36,557 nucleotides of DNA, from sequence record DRR723986_4068. One strand, given 5' to 3'. Positions 8,042-16,694 of this stretch are shown here, one piece after another; within the stretch, counting starts at the first letter, position 1; each line of letters begins with the position of its first letter. Below the pieces are notes generated by a model. It searched no databases. It was not told the DNA's origin and saw nothing but the letters and a program-made list of their open reading frames with translations. The position numbers were made by a program, and so were the translations under genes.

Positions 8042-9733
8042 TCAAGCTTCCTGTAACGACAGGCTGGCGGCATCTTTCCTGATAGTGAAGTTCTTAATCG
8101 ATCTGGCCTCGTAGACCGGCTTGAGCACGGTACTGACAGCAACAAAGCTGGCCTCTGCCATATCCATGCGCAGGACAACTCGAACGTAGCCCTGATGCAT
8201 ATTGTCCGTCCATACCACTTCAGGAACATTATCCGAAAATGCTTTATCAAGCGCCTCGGCTGTTTCATCGTCAAAGCCGGATTCTACGAAATCTCCCGGA
8301 GATGTCACGCCGGACGTGCCAAGCTCAATGCCCATGCTGGTGCCGCTCCCATCGTGAAGATGGTTTGCCCAGAAACTATGACTGTCACCAGTCAGAACCA
8401 GCAGGTCTGACGTCCCACTCGCTTTGCATGTATCGTAGAACACCTCACGCGCGGCGGGATACCCATCCCAGGTATCGGTATAGAATGGCAACCCATGCTG
8501 GCCGAGCCAGGCAAGACGCCTGTGTGCCTCAAGCGACGCTTCGTCTGGTGCCGGCAAAACACCCAGTCCGACAACATCCGGAACCAGCATGCGTGCCATC
8601 GGAATCTGGTTTCCGATCACACGCCAGGGCTGTTGCTTCGCGACAGAGCTGGAAAGCGCCTCCGAGATATCAGTCAATTCGATTGAGGATATCATGTGAC
8701 GCTCCGGATCGCCGAGAACGTCCTGGTGGAACGCTTCGTAGTCTTCTTCCGTGTTCAGTTTCGGAGCCCATTCAGCATAGTCCACTTGCTTGCCGCGGGC
8801 GGTATGGCGGGTTTCGAGTGTCAGCAAGGTTGCAAGGTCACCGAACACGTAGGACCGCCAGAATTGTGCGCGCGTGCGGCCGGCCTTCGGTTCACGAATG
8901 GGCATCCATTCATAGTAGGCCTGGATTGACGCTGCGCGGCGGTCATCCCAGCTTCCTTCTGTTTCTGGCTGATGGTTCTGCGCGCCGCCGGTCCAGGGGT
9001 TGTTTGCACTTTCATGATCATCCCAGCAGCAGATCAGCGGGTGCATGGCATGCATTGCGCGCGACCCGGCGTCTTGCTTGTACTGTGCGTGGCGCTGCCG
9101 GTAGTCAGCGAGCGTGATGATTTCATGGGGTGGATCATGTGGTCGCCCAATTACCGCGCCGGTTTCCTGACCCCAACCGTCCGGACCGCCATACTCGTAA
9201 ATATAGTCGCCCGTATGCAGGACGATATCGATCGCCGGATCATGAGCGATTGCGTCATAGGCGTTGAAATAGCCGAAGGGGAAATTCGAACAGGAAACCA
9301 GTGCGATACCCAGACTGTCGACTGCTCCAACAGGCAAGGTGCGGGTCCGGCCGGTGCGGGACACTTCGCCTTCTGCTTCGAATCGATAGTAGTAGCTCTG
9401 GCCCGGCTGAAGGCTGTCGGCGATGACTTTCACAGTGTAGTCTGATTCTGCCGAGGCCTGGCGGGAGCCGCTCGCGATAAGCGAGTTGCCTTCCGGGTCT
9501 TCGTAGATGGCCCAAGCTACTTCCACGATCGGCGAACCGGTTGAGACGCGGGTCCAGATCACGACGCTCGTTGTATCCGGATCACCGCTTGCGACGCCGT
9601 GCCGGAAAATGTCGGGGTCTGTAAATGAAGCGCTCGCGTCCTTAGCCTCAGGTGCACTTTGCGTGGCGCATGCCGTCGTGAGTGCGGTGCTGGACAAGAG
9701 GGCCAGGGCTTGACGGCGATTGATCCGGGTCAT
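8042..9733 (-). CDS. phoD: Alkaline phosphatase D, Tat-exported lipoprotein
   Basis: FRHGVASGDP, LHTGDYIYE, WDDHE..NN, AYYEWMPIR, DTWDGY, VLTGDSH. Signal INRRQALALL..LTTAC carries twin-Arg and a lipobox. Confidence 0.95.
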   Translation of the reverse strand: MTRINRRQALALLSSTALTTACATQSAPEAKDASASFTDPDIFRHGVASGDPDTTSVVIWTRVSTGSPIVEVAWAIYEDPEGNSLIASGSRQASAESDYTVKVIADSLQPGQSYYYRFEAEGEVSRTGRTRTLPVGAVDSLGIALVSCSNFPFGYFNAYDAIAHDPAIDIVLHTGDYIYEYGGPDGWGQETGAVIGRPHDPPHEIITLADYRQRHAQYKQDAGSRAMHAMHPLICCWDDHESANNPWTGGAQNHQPETEGSWDDRRAASIQAYYEWMPIREPKAGRTRAQFWRSYVFGDLATLLTLETRHTARGKQVDYAEWAPKLNTEEDYEAFHQDVLGDPERHMISSIELTDISEALSSSVAKQQPWRVIGNQIPMARMLVPDVVGLGVLPAPDEASLEAHRRLAWLGQHGLPFYTDTWDGYPAAREVFYDTCKASGTSDLLVLTGDSHSFWANHLHDGSGTSMGIELGTSGVTSPGDFVESGFDDETAEALDKAFSDNVPEVVWTDNMHQGYVRVVLRMDMAEASFVAVSTVLKPVYEARSIKNFTIRKDAASLSLQEA

Positions 9734-9804
9734 GAACAGTTCCTTTGTGTCGGCCTTATCGGGCCAGTTTCGGTGTTAGAAAAACACGAAAATTAAACGG
9801 AACG

Positions 9805-9831
9805 GAAGGCGGCCTCTTAGAGACCGCCTTC
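9805..9831 (-). terminator. Hairpin between the TonB receptor and phoD (terminator or mRNA stabiliser)
   Basis: GAAGGCGG..CCGCCTTC stem, with a T-rich run a few bases downstream on the minus strand. Confidence 0.6.
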
Positions 9832-9839
9832 GCTCAGAT

Positions 9840-12260
9840 TTACGTCAGTCGGTTCCCGTAGAAATCGGCCGTAATGGTCAGGGCAACCGTACGCGGCGCC
9901 GAAATCCAGGCCGCGTTGCCAGAGATACCGGCCAGCCAGTCCTGATCGAACACGTTATTTACGGTCAGGCGGAAATCGATGTTGGACAGGTCGTCCGAAA
10001 GAGCCGAGCCAGAGACGCCGAGATAGAGGTCGGTGTCGACATAAGAGTCGGCTGTCCAGGTATTCGACAAATTCACGAAGCGATCGCCAACCCATTTGGC
10101 AGAGGCGCCGCCATAGAAGTTGCCCTTGGTGAAGTCAGCCGACAGAACAAACATGTCATCCGGGATACCTGGAACCTTGTTGCCGACAGCAATACCGGCA
10201 AGGCCATCAAGTACGCTGTCTCCAGTTCCAAGGATCTTTGCATCGTTGTGAGTGTACGAACCGAAAAAGGTCAGGTTGTCATTCAGCAGGAATTCACTCG
10301 CCAGTTCGACGCCGGTAGAGTCGATACCCCCGCCGTTTATGTAGCCACCGTTCGAAGCCTCGAGATAGTCGATGCCCTCGACTGTGGCGGTTGGTGCCGG
10401 GAACAGGCGGTTTTCAAAGGTCGTGTCGAAGTAAACCAGCGAACCACGCAGGCGACCATTGGAGTAGCGAAATCCGACTTCCGTGTTTTCCGAAGTTTCC
10501 GGATCGGGGATACCTGCATCCACATTGATCACTTCTAGCACGCTGTCCGGGATCGCCTTGTAGTTCTCGGCGTAGCCGACGAACATTTCGAGGCCCGGCA
10601 CGGCGCTCGGTGCCCAGGACGCGCCGCCAGAGAACAGGACGTCGGATTCGGAATCCAGTGTGAAGTTCTTGTCCGGGTTTTGCGGATCGAAATTATCAAC
10701 ACGATCGATCGAGTTGTTGAATTGCTTTACGCCTGCCCGGATGGTGAAGTCGCCGAAAGAGACGACGTCTTCGACATACCATTTGAACGTGTTCTGCGGG
10801 AACTCGCGATCATACTGGACCCAGTATGCCAGACTGTCGAACTCCGGCCCGACGCGGGAGTCGATGATGCGGTGCCAGTCGCGATATTCGTAGCGGGTGC
10901 CGTCTTCATACCAGATACCGCCGCGGAGCATGTTCTCGAAGGCATCGAACGTCTTCGTCCACTCGACATCTGCCGTGATGCCGTAGCGTTCCCGCTGGTA
11001 GTGCGTGTGGCGGTAGGATGAGACCGGAATTGCGTTGGCCGGGTAGCAGGCCGGATCGTAGGCTGCGTTCGAGGTGCCGCCATACGGGAAGGTCAGGGAA
11101 GACTGACAACCCGCTTCCGGAGACAAGGCAACGCCATTTGGATCGACAAAGAACAGCTGGCCGAGGAGAGAGCCGCCCATCACGCGCTCGCCGCCCAGGA
11201 ACTCGCTTTCAGCGTTACCGGCGCCGTCGTCGGTCACATTGACAAGGTATGGCGGGGCCCAGTCGCCGCGGCCATCCATGTTATGCAGATAGACGCCGCC
11301 TTTGATTCTCAGCCCTTCGGCAACTTCCTTTTCAGCCTTGAGGTAGAGCAGGGAGTTTTCACGCAGCGTGCCCCAGACCTGACGATAGGACTGATCCACA
11401 TACGGAACGCCCGTCCAGTTACCGATCAGACGGTCGGAATTCGGGTCCGTTTGCCAGTCGGCTTCAGAGTACAGCTGGTCGTAGTTGTTCTCCGCGGCAT
11501 CGTCGTAAGAAGCGTAAGCTGTCCAGTCGATATCGAAGAGGGTGCTGACAAGTTTCGCGGCATAATGGTCGCGGCGGTTATCGGCAGAGCCTTCGATGTG
11601 ATCCGTTGCGGTCTGGCTTGAGACAGAGAACCAGGCTTTGGTCGTGTCGTTCAGGAAGGAGCCCGTATCGTATGCCAGGTAAAAACGCTGGGCCTCAAAG
11701 TCGCCGAGCGTGCCGGAAACACGTACGCGCTCTTCGTCTTCCGGATTGCGTGTCGTGAAGTTGATCGTGCCGCCGAGCGCGTCATTCGAAAGAGACGCGA
11801 TATCGGCTGTTCCCTGAGACACCTCAATGGCGCCCGCATTTTGGGTGTCGATGTAACGATTGGCCTTGGAGCCGCCGCCATAATTCGAACCGCCATTCGG
11901 CAGACCGTCAACGGTGATGCCGATCTGCTGTTCGCCGAGATTGTTCTGGAAACCGCGGACGGCGATTCCGGTCGACCAGTCGTCAAAGCCGAACGTGTCG
12001 CCCTCCGAAACCAGCACGCCTGGAAGGTTGTCGACCTGAGCCAGGATAGAGCTGACGGGGGCTTGCTGCAGCGCCATGGCCTCCGTGCTTTCAGCGGAGG
12101 AATAGGTCTGCGCCTGGCCGATGATGACCACTGTATCCATTTCACGGCGCTGCTCAGCTTGGTCGTCGGGTGTTGTGGAATCGACGGACTGCGCGATGGC
12201 GCTCGTTGCACACAGAGCGAGGCTGGCAGAGGCCAGCAGGCTCATCTTAAACAAAGACAT
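9840..12260 (-). CDS. TonB-dependent receptor, probably for phosphorus scavenging
   Basis: Signal peptide MSLFKMSLLASASLAL..AIAQ, TonB box DTVVIIG, plug (LPGV..GD.FG..IAVRGF..VDGLP..GGTINF), barrel end NNVFD..PRTVALTITADF. Start placed at ATG 12260, after a purine-rich RBS. Confidence 0.92.
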   Translation of the reverse strand: MSLFKMSLLASASLALCATSAIAQSVDSTTPDDQAEQRREMDTVVIIGQAQTYSSAESTEAMALQQAPVSSILAQVDNLPGVLVSEGDTFGFDDWSTGIAVRGFQNNLGEQQIGITVDGLPNGGSNYGGGSKANRYIDTQNAGAIEVSQGTADIASLSNDALGGTINFTTRNPEDEERVRVSGTLGDFEAQRFYLAYDTGSFLNDTTKAWFSVSSQTATDHIEGSADNRRDHYAAKLVSTLFDIDWTAYASYDDAAENNYDQLYSEADWQTDPNSDRLIGNWTGVPYVDQSYRQVWGTLRENSLLYLKAEKEVAEGLRIKGGVYLHNMDGRGDWAPPYLVNVTDDGAGNAESEFLGGERVMGGSLLGQLFFVDPNGVALSPEAGCQSSLTFPYGGTSNAAYDPACYPANAIPVSSYRHTHYQRERYGITADVEWTKTFDAFENMLRGGIWYEDGTRYEYRDWHRIIDSRVGPEFDSLAYWVQYDREFPQNTFKWYVEDVVSFGDFTIRAGVKQFNNSIDRVDNFDPQNPDKNFTLDSESDVLFSGGASWAPSAVPGLEMFVGYAENYKAIPDSVLEVINVDAGIPDPETSENTEVGFRYSNGRLRGSLVYFDTTFENRLFPAPTATVEGIDYLEASNGGYINGGGIDSTGVELASEFLLNDNLTFFGSYTHNDAKILGTGDSVLDGLAGIAVGNKVPGIPDDMFVLSADFTKGNFYGGASAKWVGDRFVNLSNTWTADSYVDTDLYLGVSGSALSDDLSNIDFRLTVNNVFDQDWLAGISGNAAWISAPRTVALTITADFYGNRLT

Positions 12261-12379
12261 TGCTTGTTCTTCCCTTGAAAATACCCGCCGCATTCACCCC
12301 CATGAGTGCGCCGGAAGAAATCATCTTCGTCTGTCGAGACTCGATGCTCGATCAGACCGGCATGAGCTAGTGAGAGCGT

Positions 12380-12397
12380 GTGACCGGCACGTGACGG
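12380..12397 (-). promoter_or_regulatory. Candidate Pho box
   Basis: Minus strand CCGTCAC-gtgc-CGGTCAC: two GTCAY units with an 11-bp period, 120 bp upstream of the receptor-phoD pair. Confidence 0.6.
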
Positions 12398-13001
12398 ATT
12401 TCACTACTATTTTTGAATTCGCTCTGGCCGGGATGGTGGCGTAGGGGATACCGTCATCGAACTTGCTGATCGGTACCGTATTTGTGGATTTCAGCGCGAT
12501 CATTCCGCTGCGACGAGACAGCGATAACGGCGGATGAATAAGTTTAAGTCTGTCACCGCAGGAGTTCAGCCCTCTGACATAACGAGGTTTGACCGCACCG
12601 AAGGGCCAGATTGGGCCAGAGTGAGCCTTTCGCCGCGCTTTCATCGAACGACAATCAATCGTCGGGTGGTGGCGGTGATATGCAAACTGGTGGAACGCGG
12701 AATAGACGGCATCTCCAAGCCCGCCGTATAGGCAAAAGGGATTGTATTTCCGATCTCGTGTTCGGCGGACATTATCAGCGCAGCCGGCTTTGAGATAGCG
12801 TATCCTGGAGCTGGCGCCAGAATTGATCCGGAACGCTTTCCGATATTTCTAGGCATCCTCCGGGATCATGCGGCTTGCGCTGATCCTGTGTGTCCGATTT
12901 CCGTTATCATCACGTAACGTCAAAGGGCTTCTCCGGTAACGTGGTATCGACTTATGTCACGAAACAGGTCGGCACTGAGTAGACCATTTCTATACTCACT
13001 T

Positions 13002-13380
13002 GGTGCAGCAGACCCGTCTACGCAGATAAACGCGAATGAGGCGGTCGCCGTAATGGCGTGGCATTTGGACGAAGTTTTCGTGAAGGTCCGCGGAAAGACT
13101 CACTACCGGAGGCGCGCGGTTAATTATGAAGGGGGGGGGCTGGAACCGTTTCTCCGGCGAGAGTTGCGATGTCTCGTTTCCGGCGCATGAGGAGTCTTCA
13201 GAAATTTCCTTGATTTAGTCCTCAGTACACAGTGAATAAAGTCATCAACGGAATACCGAAAACAGGATCAGACCCAGATCGCTATGCAACCTGATCTTCT
13301 CGTACGGCGCGATCCTGTATGCCTGCAAGCTGCTCGTCCCGGACAATTGGAAACTGGTTCGAGTTCATCTGACGCCAACC
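13002..13380 (+). mobile_element. IS6-family remnant, internally deleted
   Basis: WHLDEVFVKVRGKTHY..RAVNYEG..LE resembles the IS6 DDE first-Asp region. FRRMRSLQKF occurs in another frame at ~13178-13207. A terminal-like sequence ACTGGTTCGAGTTCATCTGACGCCAACC ends at 13380. Left limit is approximate. Confidence 0.8.
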
Positions 13381-13434
13381 TGGTTGCGCCAAAACAGGAC
13401 TGGCGCCGTACCGTGCCCTTCGGGGGCTCTTGGG

Positions 13435-13626
13435 TCATGTTGCCATCAGGCGCGCGTCGGTTGCTGACATGGGCGTTAGGTCAAGGATCCTGAATGCTTC
13501 GGCGCAGAGTCCCACAAGGCCCGCATTGTTCCGTGCAGGCGATCCATCGGGGCGCTGGAGACCGTTCTCGAAACCGACCCGCACGTGCCCGCCCAGTGCA
13601 ACAGTACCCTTCGCGAACAAGCTCAC
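13435..13626 (-). pseudogene. C-terminal fragment of a beta-keto acid cleavage enzyme (BKACE/Kce, DUF849)
   Basis: ALGGHVRVGFENGL..PDGSPARNNAGLV..A..L..ATDAR is the family's C-terminal signature. The N-terminal bulk of the gene is absent. Confidence 0.8.
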
Positions 13627-13840
13627 ACGATTGTATGCGACGGTCCGGACAGTTTCAGAAGTGCCGTCTTGACGGCTTTTGTTATGCCCATGGTCTGAGA
13701 TTATGGGGCGTAATCGTTTAGTTGTTCAACTGCCTTAGAGCCGTTTGTAGAAGAGTGCTTATTATATTGATTCTTAATGTATTATCCCGCGTATGAATAA
13801 ATTAAAAAACGTGGGATAATTATCATTGCAGTGTTCCCCG

Positions 13841-14236
13841 TCAGCGACCACCAGACAGTTTGTCAATTCGTCCGGTTTGAGCCTGGGTTAGAATGAGGGC
13901 GCCACTCAGGAAGGGGTATCCCCAGAAAATATCGACCTCCGAACAATCTGGCATCGCCTTCTTCAAGAGGTCGATCAATCGCCGCACGACCGGGTCGAAA
14001 TGCTTGTCCATTGCTTCGGCGCCCCTTTCGGGAGTGTTAACGATCTGGACGCTGAAGGCTCGGTAGATCTTCCAGCGGGTATGGCCCTGGCTGTAACGAT
14101 CGAGGTCGGTGTTGAGAAACGCGCGCTGTATGGCCGATCGGCCATTCTTGTTGGGGCAACCGCTCCTACGCGATTCAAGGTGTCGGATGCTTAGAGCGTT
14201 CTGCTTTGTGATACGCTGGGTAAGCTTGATCAACAA
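13841..14236 (-). pseudogene. Degenerate TetR-family regulator (C-terminal domain only)
   Basis: MDKHFDPVVRRLIDLLKKAMP..DIFWGYPFLSGAL.LT.AQTGRIDKLSGG resembles TetR C-domains of Caulobacterales/sphingomonads. No intact HTH, and the end looks truncated. Confidence 0.6.
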
Positions 14237-14381
14237 AATGATGACGGAAGCCAGACCTGAACAATCCAGTTCTCTGGTGAAATACCAGGGTATTTCAGAA
14301 CCGCACTACAGCACCCAGCTGCTCGACGCGGATTCCTCCTGAAGCGGCAGGCCATGGCCACGGCACGCTTTGTTGCCGGAG

Positions 14382-15308
14382 TCAGACCGATGCCATCTGC
14401 GTTTTCAGAAAGCTGGAAATTGCCGATACGGCTTCCGGCTCGGATAGCATGGGAGCATGCCCCCGGTTCGGTACGGTCACAAGCCGGCTGTTTTTATGGC
14501 GGCGGCTCATGCGATTGGCCGTCGCCGCGGTGAGAATGTCCGAGTGTTCCCCGCGTATCGTCAGCAGGGGGATAGATTTCATCTTGCCGAACAGACGCCA
14601 CATCATGAAATTGACCTTCCAGCTTGCGCCTGACACATCCATGTTTTCGGTAATGGCCGGATCGTAATCGAACAAAACCTGGCCGTGATCGGTTTCCCGG
14701 CAGGTTTGATGAGCAAACGCCATCCAGTCTGAGGTGCCAAAATCGGGAAATGCCGCTTGCTGGCTTGCGCGGATCGCGTTGGCGGCGGCCATCCAGTCCG
14801 GAAAGGACCGGACGCCGCTCGTATAAGCCGCAATTCGCTTCACACCTGCAGGGTTCACGGCCGGTCCGACATCGTTGAGGACGATTCCGGAAATGCGGTC
14901 TTTCAGCGCCTGTGACATGATCATGGCCATCAACCCGCCCATGGATGTTCCCATGAGTGCGACACGATCAATGCCGAGATCATTCAGAAGCGCGATCATA
15001 TCTCCGACATAGACGTCCGGGGAATAGGCGCGATTGGGATCGCGGTCGGATTGCCCCCGTCCGCGAACATCGACGGCGATAAACCGGGCTGGCACATCCA
15101 GCTGGCTGATAAGCGGTTCGAAATCCTTGTGGTTTCGGGTCAGGCCATGCATGCAGAGCACAGTCAGGGGGGCATCGACCGGGCCATAGTCGGCAGCGTA
15201 GAGGCGCAGGCCATCTGTAGACCAATAATAGATATCCCGCTTGTCCGCCTGTTGAGAACCAGACATACTTGTTTCTTCTTTCGGCGAAAGTCCTGGTTCG
15301 CCCGTCAT
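14382..15308 (-). CDS. Alpha/beta-fold hydrolase (esterase-like)
   Basis: CMHGLTRN, DVRGRG.SD, nucleophile GTSMGG, IRGEHSDIL, GHAPML. ATGA overlap with the upstream MFS gene; alternative start at 15266. Confidence 0.9.
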   Translation of the reverse strand: MTGEPGLSPKEETSMSGSQQADKRDIYYWSTDGLRLYAADYGPVDAPLTVLCMHGLTRNHKDFEPLISQLDVPARFIAVDVRGRGQSDRDPNRAYSPDVYVGDMIALLNDLGIDRVALMGTSMGGLMAMIMSQALKDRISGIVLNDVGPAVNPAGVKRIAAYTSGVRSFPDWMAAANAIRASQQAAFPDFGTSDWMAFAHQTCRETDHGQVLFDYDPAITENMDVSGASWKVNFMMWRLFGKMKSIPLLTIRGEHSDILTAATANRMSRRHKNSRLVTVPNRGHAPMLSEPEAVSAISSFLKTQMASV

Positions 15309-16603
15309 GAGGTTGCCGCTGCTCGTTTTGTGTCTCTGTCGTAAGTTCGTCCGGACAGGAATAGGAACACCACACTCAGAGCATTTAAAGCCAGGATGAT
15401 CTCAAGGGCGGATCTGAGAGGCGTTTCGGAACCGGCTTCCGCAAAGTGCGTGCTGAGCCACCCAGCAAGGGTGGGGCCACCGCCGATGCCGATAAGCGTC
15501 AGGCAAAACAGCATGAACGCCGATGCAAATGAGCGCATACGAAGCCCGACAAGTTCCTGCGATGCAGTGTACGCGATGCTTGCATAAACAAGACCGATGA
15601 AGCTTGGCACAATGTTCCAGGCGTAGGCCAATTCAATACTGGGCGCCTGAAGGAACATCCAGGCGAAAGGCAAGGCGAGCGCGGCACAAACGGCGATCGT
15701 CCACGGCCGCCACCTGAGATCACGGGTCGAAAGCCGGTCGCAGAGGCGTCCGACCACTACGGCGCCGATGCCGCCGACTCCGCCGATCAGCACGCCAAGC
15801 GGAATCGCCACATCACCCGGCCCCACTTCGTAGGTCCGTTGCAGATGGCTCGAGGTGAAAACCAGGAAGGCATTCGCCGAGATACAGATCAGGCAACACC
15901 CGGCGAGCAGGAACAGAAACGATGTCTGTCCACCGATGAAGGTGAGCGTTTCCTTCAAGGTGGGGGCCATGCCATCATCCGTACGCGCTTCGACGGCGCC
16001 GCGTACGGGTTCTTTCAAGGTGAATCTGACCAGCAGGGCCAGCAACAAGCCCGGTATGCCGGCGATGAAGAAGGCGGCCCGCCAACCCCAGATTTCGTAA
16101 ACGTAGCCACCGATGATGAAGCCGGCCAGAATCCCGATACCGATGCCTGTCGTATAAATTCCAAGCGCTGTCGCGCGTTCCTGCGGCCCGTAGAGGTCAG
16201 AGATGATCGAGGTGGCAGGCGGCGTTCCGCCGGCTTCACCAACACCGACACCCATTCGTGCGATAAGCAGGTGCCAGTAATTCTGCGCAAGACCTGAGAG
16301 CGCAGTCATCCCAGACCAGACGGCCAGCGCGAGTGTGATGATATTGCGGCGGTTACCCCGGTCAGCCCACATCGCAATCGGGATGCCCAGCGTCGCATAG
16401 AAAGCCGCGAAGGCGAGCCCCGACAAAAGTCCGAGTTGGGTGTCGTTCAGGTTCAGATCGGCTTTGATTGGTTCCAGCAGGATAACGAGGATCTGCCGGT
16501 CGATATGATTGAACGTGTAAACCAGCGTCAGAAGCAGGAGCACATAGGACCGGCTCGATGTTCCGATTAGTCCCGATCTGGAAGAAGACGCATCCGCGGT
16601 CAT
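15305..16603 (-). CDS. MFS transporter (spinster-like)
   Basis: About 12 hydrophobic segments, NHIDRQIL, GIPIAMWADRGNRR (motif A), ARMGVGVGEAG..P.ATSIISDLY. Confidence 0.92.
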   Translation of the reverse strand: MTADASSSRSGLIGTSSRSYVLLLLTLVYTFNHIDRQILVILLEPIKADLNLNDTQLGLLSGLAFAAFYATLGIPIAMWADRGNRRNIITLALAVWSGMTALSGLAQNYWHLLIARMGVGVGEAGGTPPATSIISDLYGPQERATALGIYTTGIGIGILAGFIIGGYVYEIWGWRAAFFIAGIPGLLLALLVRFTLKEPVRGAVEARTDDGMAPTLKETLTFIGGQTSFLFLLAGCCLICISANAFLVFTSSHLQRTYEVGPGDVAIPLGVLIGGVGGIGAVVVGRLCDRLSTRDLRWRPWTIAVCAALALPFAWMFLQAPSIELAYAWNIVPSFIGLVYASIAYTASQELVGLRMRSFASAFMLFCLTLIGIGGGPTLAGWLSTHFAEAGSETPLRSALEIILALNALSVVFLFLSGRTYDRDTKRAAATS

Positions 16604-16642
16604 TGATCCGATCCTTCGCTACAGATTGGTCTTCAATCGCAT

Positions 16643-16677
16643 CCGGCATGCGGACCGGGAGGTGGTCCGCATGCCGG
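16643..16677 (-). terminator. 14-bp perfect hairpin after the TonB receptor
   Basis: CCGGCATGCGGACC-7nt-GGTCCGCATGCCGG. There is no U-tract, so it is more likely an mRNA-stabilising or attenuating stem. Confidence 0.6.
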
Positions 16678-16694
16678 CCGTCCCCACGCCTGAC

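Noticed and set aside
12421-12870. Possible acyl-CoA dehydrogenase relic (IHKYGTDQQ..RY on the minus strand)
   Set aside because: Only a short resemblance amid several stops. It cannot be supported without a BLASTX search.
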